Positions 28,632 to 32,000 of a DNA stretch of 32,000 nt are shown in pieces. The notes under the pieces were generated by a model. That model ran no database searches and was not told the DNA's origin. It was given only the letters and a program-made list of their open reading frames with translations. This stretch comes from Crocosphaera subtropica ATCC 51142 (lineage in GTDB: Bacteria > Cyanobacteriota > Cyanobacteriia > Cyanobacteriales > Microcystaceae), in the NCBI RefSeq assembly GCF_000017845.1, contig NC_010546.1, positions 3,900,001 through 3,932,000 of the forward strand, given 5' to 3'. Every line of letters starts with the position of its first letter. The stretch's first letter is position 1. Both the position numbers and the translations under genes were made by a program.

Positions 28632-28865
28632 GTGATCAGTCTTGGAAAGGGAAAATGTCTAGTTAAAACCAATGAATCTCAAGCTGTACTTCAAGTAGCA
28701 ATTGCACCTAGTCCCTTTGAATTAATGAGGGATGATAATCGTAATAAAAAAGGAGTTTATCAAGCTCCTCAACATAGGACCCAAAATAAAAATAACTCTA
28801 AAACAAAAAAAGCTGATAGTGATTTGGAAGATAAGGAAGATAAGTATGATTATAGTGCTTTTTAA
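28632..28865 (+). pseudogene. HerA/FtsK-like ATPase, 3' part (77 codons)
   Basis: Continues the 25858 frame once the IS is removed (..DFIDTV|VISLGKGKCLVKTNESQAVLQVAIAPSPFEL...). Not an independent gene. Confidence 0.6.
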
Positions 28866-28908
28866 AGAAATTTCAATTTCAAAATATTTCAAAAATAGGA
28901 GTTAAAAC

Positions 28909-29988
28909 ATGGATTTTTCTGAAATGCTCAAAGATAGCAAACAAGTCACCTATGATGACTTTGTGATAGATAGTGGAGGTATTGCTGATGATATTATTGA
29001 AATGTTTACAAATCCTTTAGCCATAGAAGTGCAAGAAATCTATAAAAAAGACATTTTAGAATTAAAAAATATAAAAACTGATAAAGGAACAGTGTTTGGA
29101 CTTAGAAAACTGAATTTTGGCGATATATCCCAAGCACCTGAAGTTTTATCTGGTCAAGTTGCAGCAGTTGATGGAACTTTTGCTTTACCTCGTCAAGATT
29201 ACTCAACAGGATCAGCCGTTTGTGTCGCAGTTGGTAGTGCGACAATGACTAGAACACTACAGGATAGTTTACATTATTGGTCTAGTACCAAAGCACTGAA
29301 AAATACTCAAGATATTGATGATTTTTTAGACCTTAGACAAGAACATCTTTATAAGCCTAATAATAGTGCATTTATGCGTTACTTTGAAGCTGCTCATGCT
29401 TTAAAAATCGATGAAAAATTTATATTTTTTGATGGACTTTTATGTGATGAATGGTTAGCTAATACAAAAGAAGGGGCTGCATTATATCGAGAAATGCTAG
29501 AACATCCAAATAAAAAGTTTATAGGTGTAATTAAGAGTTGTAAAAAGAATTTAATGTTTTCACAGTATGCCCGTGCTTGTCCATCAGGTTCTATATTATT
29601 AATAGAAACTTTATATGAACATATAAACAGAAGAGAATCAGAAACTAGATTTTCTCTTCACTCTAATAAACAAGAAGTACGATCCTTTTGGAATGAGTTA
29701 TCTCCTCGCATTATTAGGGGAGTTTTTAAACCTTATAAACGAGCATTTGGTTTTGAAGTTTTAGAAGATCATTTAGATGACATGATCCGTCTTTTGGCTG
29801 CAGACGCACACATGAGTCAGGAAGGACATGAAATTCCTTATTTATTAAATTTAGTTGATGGTGAAATTAGGAGAATGTTTAAACGCCATAAACTCTTGAA
29901 TGATATTGCACTAAAAATGAATCAAACTTCTGACTCTATTTATCAAGAAGAATGGGACGAACACGCATTTCGTCCACAACAAGCATAA
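28909..29988 (+). CDS. Hypothetical protein, possibly NurA-like nuclease
   Basis: 359 aa, starting 43 nt after the HerA-like gene on the same strand. The segment GQVAAVDGTFALP resembles the N-terminal catalytic (a)iDGS motif of NurA domains. HerA-NurA gene pairing is well known. The assignment is tentative. Confidence 0.4.
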   Translation: MDFSEMLKDSKQVTYDDFVIDSGGIADDIIEMFTNPLAIEVQEIYKKDILELKNIKTDKGTVFGLRKLNFGDISQAPEVLSGQVAAVDGTFALPRQDYSTGSAVCVAVGSATMTRTLQDSLHYWSSTKALKNTQDIDDFLDLRQEHLYKPNNSAFMRYFEAAHALKIDEKFIFFDGLLCDEWLANTKEGAALYREMLEHPNKKFIGVIKSCKKNLMFSQYARACPSGSILLIETLYEHINRRESETRFSLHSNKQEVRSFWNELSPRIIRGVFKPYKRAFGFEVLEDHLDDMIRLLAADAHMSQEGHEIPYLLNLVDGEIRRMFKRHKLLNDIALKMNQTSDSIYQEEWDEHAFRPQQA

Positions 29989-30000
29989 AATAAAATTAAA

Positions 30001-30420
30001 TCATTTTAAATGCTTAATAGGTTGATGAGTTAGTTTTTTCAATTCCTCTGCTACTTCAACACGATGACAGCGATGATAATCCATTTCTGCACACAACAGT
30101 AAAATAGTTTTAGATTTTGCTTTTTGGGCAATATCTTGTAAAACTTGATCAGCTTTTTCAGGATCAGGAGAAACCCAATGACTTGTACCTGAAACATTTC
30201 CTAATGTAGTTTCTGATAAATATTCTATTCCTTGTTCATGACAAAATTTTTCAATTTGATCACCGTACCATTTACGACTCCAAGCACGAGGTTTTTCTCG
30301 AACATCAATCAGAAAATCAATTTTAAACTCTTTTATATAGTTTAACAAAGTATCATAATTAGAACGATTGCCATAACCAAACGTCAAGATAAAAGATTGA
30401 TGAATAGATGTATTGTTCAT
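30001..30420 (-). CDS. DUF488 family protein
   Basis: 139 aa. FGYGNRS..LL....I..LIDVREKPRAWSRK...L...C...GI.Y....LGN follows the DUF488 pattern as I recall it. It ends with CAEMDYHRCHR (Cys/His cluster). Confidence 0.65.
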   Translation of the reverse strand: MNNTSIHQSFILTFGYGNRSNYDTLLNYIKEFKIDFLIDVREKPRAWSRKWYGDQIEKFCHEQGIEYLSETTLGNVSGTSHWVSPDPEKADQVLQDIAQKAKSKTILLLCAEMDYHRCHRVEVAEELKKLTHQPIKHLK

Positions 30421-30424
30421 AATT

Positions 30425-31219
30425 TTAAAATAACTCCATTTGTTTTATTTTTACTAGAGGAGGATAAAATAAACCGATAATCATAAAAGAATTTTTATGA
30501 TTCTTAAGATTTCCAACAATAAAATATAAATCTTTGTTTTGTAAAAAATTATCTTCTAGTTTTTGTCTAACTTTTTCTAAAGCATCTTGTTCAGCTTCTA
30601 ATCCTGAGAATTTAGAGTGATTACGACACTTACGATAAAGTTCCATAATTTCCCAATCACTAATCGAATATTTATGAGGTATATTATCTTGGTCAGTAAA
30701 TTGATAAACAAATTGATAAGGTATTTTTTCCAAGTCTATATTAGGTTCAAATAAATCTAACTGATTTAAAATATTCTGTTTCTTTTGATCCCATTCTCTG
30801 GTTGTTTGTTTGAAAAAATATTTTTCAACTGATTTAGGTTTAATAATTCCTAATGATTTTCCCTCTTCTTGAATTTCTTTAATCGATCTAAATTGTAATG
30901 GTAAAACGAATGATTTTCGCTCCTCCCAATTGTTACGAGTATCTATTTTTCTAATAATTTGCAAAGAATCATCATCGATCCGAAAACTTTCTGCACGATA
31001 ATCTTTATCATTTTTTACAATTTTTGCACTAATAATTGCCCATCTCGGATAACGTTTATCAAAATCTAAATAACGATATCTAATCGGATAAATTCTAACC
31101 CACTGCAGGGGATGTTCTTCGTCATCTAGCAATATCCCTGCTGTACAAACTGTTTCTTTATATTTAGTGCTAATTGACGGATAAGTTTTAGTAGCAATTA
31201 AAATCTTTCTTGTTTCCAT
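30425..31219 (-). CDS. Hypothetical protein (264 aa), no recognisable domain
   Basis: Long ORF starting 21 nt downstream of the tniQ stop and ending 4 nt before the DUF488 gene, all on the same strand. Coding-like composition. Confidence 0.6.
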   Translation of the reverse strand: METRKILIATKTYPSISTKYKETVCTAGILLDDEEHPLQWVRIYPIRYRYLDFDKRYPRWAIISAKIVKNDKDYRAESFRIDDDSLQIIRKIDTRNNWEERKSFVLPLQFRSIKEIQEEGKSLGIIKPKSVEKYFFKQTTREWDQKKQNILNQLDLFEPNIDLEKIPYQFVYQFTDQDNIPHKYSISDWEIMELYRKCRNHSKFSGLEAEQDALEKVRQKLEDNFLQNKDLYFIVGNLKNHKNSFMIIGLFYPPLVKIKQMELF

Positions 31220-31240
31220 AAAGTTTACATAAATATTGGC

Positions 31241-31750
31241 TTAATATTTAATTATTTGTTGCTTTTCCATCATCTCCCCAAACGATAAAAAACACCGATG
31301 ACACCAACCCTCAACCCAAAGTGCAGGAAACTGAAACCTTGCCCCACAATTAGGGCATTCCGACAACAACGTTAACCCATGCTCTGAACAAAACTGAGTC
31401 GTCTTCAACTGCCATTCAATCTTATGACAAGCTTCTTCCTCATAACAAGCCCCACATAAGCGAATCGGTTGATGCTTCATTCCCACACCTTTTGGCGGAA
31501 ACATACTCCATAACCTTTCCACTTCTACCCGTACCACATCAGATAAAGCCGTTAACTCCTCCTCAGTGGGTGCAGGAATAAAACGAAACTTCTCCCATCT
31601 GGCGATCGCACCCCCTAACCCCGTTATTTTACCCATCATCGTCACTGTTAACTCATTTTCTCGCCGAAACCGTCCTAAAAAATGACTGATACTTTCCCCT
31701 GCTAACGGTTGCACCAAAAACCACCAAGGTTGAATCTCTCGACTTTCCAT
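31241..31750 (-). CDS. tniQ: TniQ (small V-K CAST type)
   Basis: 169 aa. GESISHFLGRFRRENELT, the AIARWEKFRF block and IRLCGACYEEEACHKIEWQ...CPNCGARFQFPALW..GWCHRC are collinear with ShCAST TniQ as I recall it. The ATG overlaps the tnsC stop (TAATG at 31752-31748). Confidence 0.9.
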   Translation of the reverse strand: MESREIQPWWFLVQPLAGESISHFLGRFRRENELTVTMMGKITGLGGAIARWEKFRFIPAPTEEELTALSDVVRVEVERLWSMFPPKGVGMKHQPIRLCGACYEEEACHKIEWQLKTTQFCSEHGLTLLSECPNCGARFQFPALWVEGWCHRCFLSFGEMMEKQQIIKY

Positions 31751-32000
31751 TATCGATACTCCTCTGTCACTTCCTTCAAAGTTTCTAAATCAATCTTCTG
31801 TAACCCCTTTTTTAACGCTCTAATAGCAGATTCCCGTAGAATCATATCTAATAAGCCAATATAACCCCCCGTTGCTTGTCCGAGAATCTTTAACATCCGT
31901 TTACTACTTAAATTAGACGCTACAGGCAACTTCAACACCTGACGTTCCCAAATATCCACCGTTTGACTAAACTCATCTCCTGCTAACTTACCAAAGCGAT
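31750..32000 (-). CDS. tnsC: TnsC (AAA+ regulator of V-K CAST), 3' end only
   Basis: The frame is open to the window edge (..FGKLAGDEFSQTVDIWERQVLKLPVASNLSSKRMLKILGQATGGYIGLLDMILRESAIRALKKGLQKIDLETLKEVTEEYR). This matches the C-terminus of ShCAST TnsC as I recall it. The ATG at 31959 in the ORF track is internal. Confidence 0.9.
   Translation of the reverse strand, partial: RFGKLAGDEFSQTVDIWERQVLKLPVASNLSSKRMLKILGQATGGYIGLLDMILRESAIRALKKGLQKIDLETLKEVTEEYR

Larger units (their letters stand above)
21347..32000 (-). mobile_element. Type V-K CRISPR-associated Tn7-like transposon (CAST), CRISPR-proximal end to tnsC; continues beyond window
   Basis: Order on the minus strand: tnsC(3' end)-tniQ-cargo-(cvkR divergent)-cas12k-tracrRNA-homing crRNA-CRISPR array-TGTACA terminus-tRNA-Val. 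See individual features. Confidence 0.9.

Noticed and set aside
28632-28865. 77-aa basic ORF as an independent small protein
   Set aside because: It starts with GTG directly at the IS boundary and joins in frame to the HerA-like gene once the IS and one TA are removed. It is the 3' end of that gene.

Overview
Cyanobacterial chromosomal window: AT-rich, with many HIP1 GCGATCGC octamers. 1-13.3 kb holds the 3' end of a type I PKS locus (KS-AT-ACP-TE, SAM methyltransferase, flavin monooxygenase). Ordinary genes follow: PIN-PhoH, LOG family, TPP-dependent decarboxylase, secreted SH3-like protein, oligopeptidase A. 13.3-16.8 kb is a decayed accessory islet. It contains a start-less toxin-like C-terminal fragment coupled to a small ORF, and a KAP P-loop NTPase cut by an ISAs1-family IS that abuts a truncated ISL3 transposase. 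16.8-20.9 kb holds HEAT-repeat and CpcS-type phycobiliprotein genes, a small DUF6516/TumE-like gene pair and a CSP41-like epimerase. The main item is at 21.2-32.0 kb: a type V-K CRISPR-associated Tn7-like transposon (CAST) starts 44 bp beyond the 3' end of a tRNA-Val(GAC) gene. Visible CAST parts are a TGTACA terminus with tandem TnsB-type repeats, a 3-repeat CRISPR array and a separate truncated-repeat homing crRNA whose 17-nt spacer matches the tRNA. Also present are a conserved tracrRNA, cas12k (full length but with two in-frame stop codons), a divergent MerR-type (CvkR-like) regulator, cargo, tniQ and the 3' end of tnsC; tnsB and the far end lie outside the window. The cargo carries two candidate accessory or defence modules. 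One is a DNA methyltransferase + HerA-like ATPase (split by an IS5-family IS) + NurA-like protein. The other is an unknown 264-aa protein + DUF488 protein, apparently in the tniQ operon.
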